A DNA stretch of 360 nt from Escherichia coli (GTDB lineage: Bacteria; Pseudomonadota; Gammaproteobacteria; Enterobacterales; Enterobacteriaceae), in assembly GCF_003334765.1 (NCBI RefSeq), contig NZ_QOWT01000130.1; one strand, 5' to 3'. The position numbers and the translations under genes are program-made. Below, in pieces: positions 1 through 360 of the stretch. A model generated the notes under the pieces. That model was not told the DNA's origin and ran no database searches. It worked only from the letters and a program-made list of their open reading frames with translations. The number at the start of each line of letters is the position of its first letter. Within the stretch, counting starts at the first letter, position 1.

Positions 1-76
<76 letters not shown>

Positions 77-82
77 TAATTC

Positions 83-98
83 ACCACAGCGATGTGGT
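83..98 (+). other. Small hairpin 7 nt downstream of the copy-1 CCA: 6-bp stem with a GCGA (GNRA-type) tetraloop
   Basis: Seen in sequence: accaca (83-88) is the reverse complement of tgtggt (93-98); loop gcga (89-92). No U tract follows, so it is not an intrinsic terminator. Any role in processing is inference. Confidence 0.4.
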
Positions 99-150
99 AA
101 CTTCGGTGAGATTGTGAAAGTTTGCACTCATCGGGGAAGGGTGAGAACCT

Positions 151-165
151 TCGACTAAGGTTCGA
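151..165 (+). repeat. Degenerate copy of the tRNA variable-arm/T-arm region
   Basis: Seen in sequence: spacer tcgact (151-156) matches tRNA 41-46, and aaggttcga (157-165) matches tRNA 50-58, in the same order with a 3-nt deletion (tRNA 47-49 tcg) between them. That is 15 matched positions over an 18-nt tRNA segment. It lies about 68 bp upstream of the 19-nt 3'-end copy, so the spacer looks like a diverged partial tRNA duplication with inserted sequence. Confidence 0.5.
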
Positions 166-185
166 TTCGAGCGAAAGCGAGAGAA

Positions 186-202
186 CGTTGCCACAGGCAA
201 CG
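186..202 (+). other. Inverted repeat / hairpin: 7-bp stem with a 3-nt loop
   Basis: Seen in sequence: cgttgcc (186-192) is the reverse complement of ggcaacg (196-202); loop aca (193-195). No U tract follows. Function unknown. Confidence 0.35.
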
Positions 203-232
203 GCCCGAAGGGTGAGGAGCGAAGCGACGAAT

Positions 233-251
233 AATCCTTCCCCCACCACCA
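233..251 (+). repeat. Exact 19-nt copy of the tRNA-Tyr 3' terminus (aatccttcccccaccacca) inside the spacer
   Basis: Seen in sequence: 233-251 is identical to 58-76 (last 3 nt of the T loop, T stem 3' strand, acceptor 3' strand, discriminator and CCA). It is not preceded by the rest of a tRNA, so it is a 3'-end fragment, not a third gene. Confidence 0.9.
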
Positions 252-285
252 TCTCAAGCATTACCTCAAAATTTGAATTACCCCT

Positions 286-360
<75 letters not shown>

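Larger units (their letters stand above)
77..285 (+). other. 209-bp spacer between the tandem tRNA-Tyr genes, presumably co-transcribed and removed during tRNA processing
   Basis: Lies between the encoded CCA of copy 1 (74-76) and the +1 G of copy 2 (286). No promoter or intrinsic terminator is recognisable inside it. The length is consistent with the ~200-bp tyrT-tyrV spacer as I recall it. Confidence 0.7.

Noticed and set aside
92-100. ATG-TGG-TAA mini-ORF (Met-Trp-stop)
   Set aside because: Only two codons, lies entirely within the 83-98 hairpin, and has no ribosome-binding site; a chance occurrence.
101-106. cttcgg motif resembling a C(UUCG)G tetraloop
   Set aside because: The flanking sequence gives at most a 2-bp stem; too short to be a credible structural element.
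83-110. Possible intrinsic terminator after the first tRNA
   Set aside because: The hairpin is followed by aacttcggtgag, not a run of T residues; no Rho-independent terminator signature.
145-234. Stop-free stretch in the frame with codons at 145-147, 148-150 and so on, ending at TAA 232-234 and encoding a basic Arg/Lys/Glu-rich peptide
   Set aside because: No ATG, GTG or TTG start codon anywhere in the frame between the upstream TGA (142-144) and the TAA, so it cannot be initiated as written.
233-285. A third tRNA gene or tRNA pseudogene ending at 251
   Set aside because: Only the last 19 nt of the tRNA are present as an exact copy; upstream sequence has no anticodon arm or acceptor 5' strand, so it is a 3'-end fragment.

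Overview
This window is a tandem pair of identical tRNA-Tyr(GUA) genes on the + strand, both cut by the window edges, separated by a 209-bp spacer. The first copy (1-76) lacks its 5' 9 nt; the second (286-360) lacks its last ~10 nt. Bases 1-66 and 295-360 are identical, giving a 294-bp direct-repeat period. The tRNA sequence matches, from memory, the Escherichia coli tRNA-Tyr1 species, and the layout matches the enterobacterial tyrT-tyrV locus. The spacer is not random: it holds an exact 19-nt copy of the tRNA 3' terminus, a degenerate copy of the variable-arm/T-arm region, and two small hairpins. I see no convincing protein-coding gene, mobile element or CRISPR array, and nothing that supports a novel system; this looks like a well-characterised housekeeping tRNA locus. 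All identifications are from reading the sequence and recalled knowledge; no database search was run.
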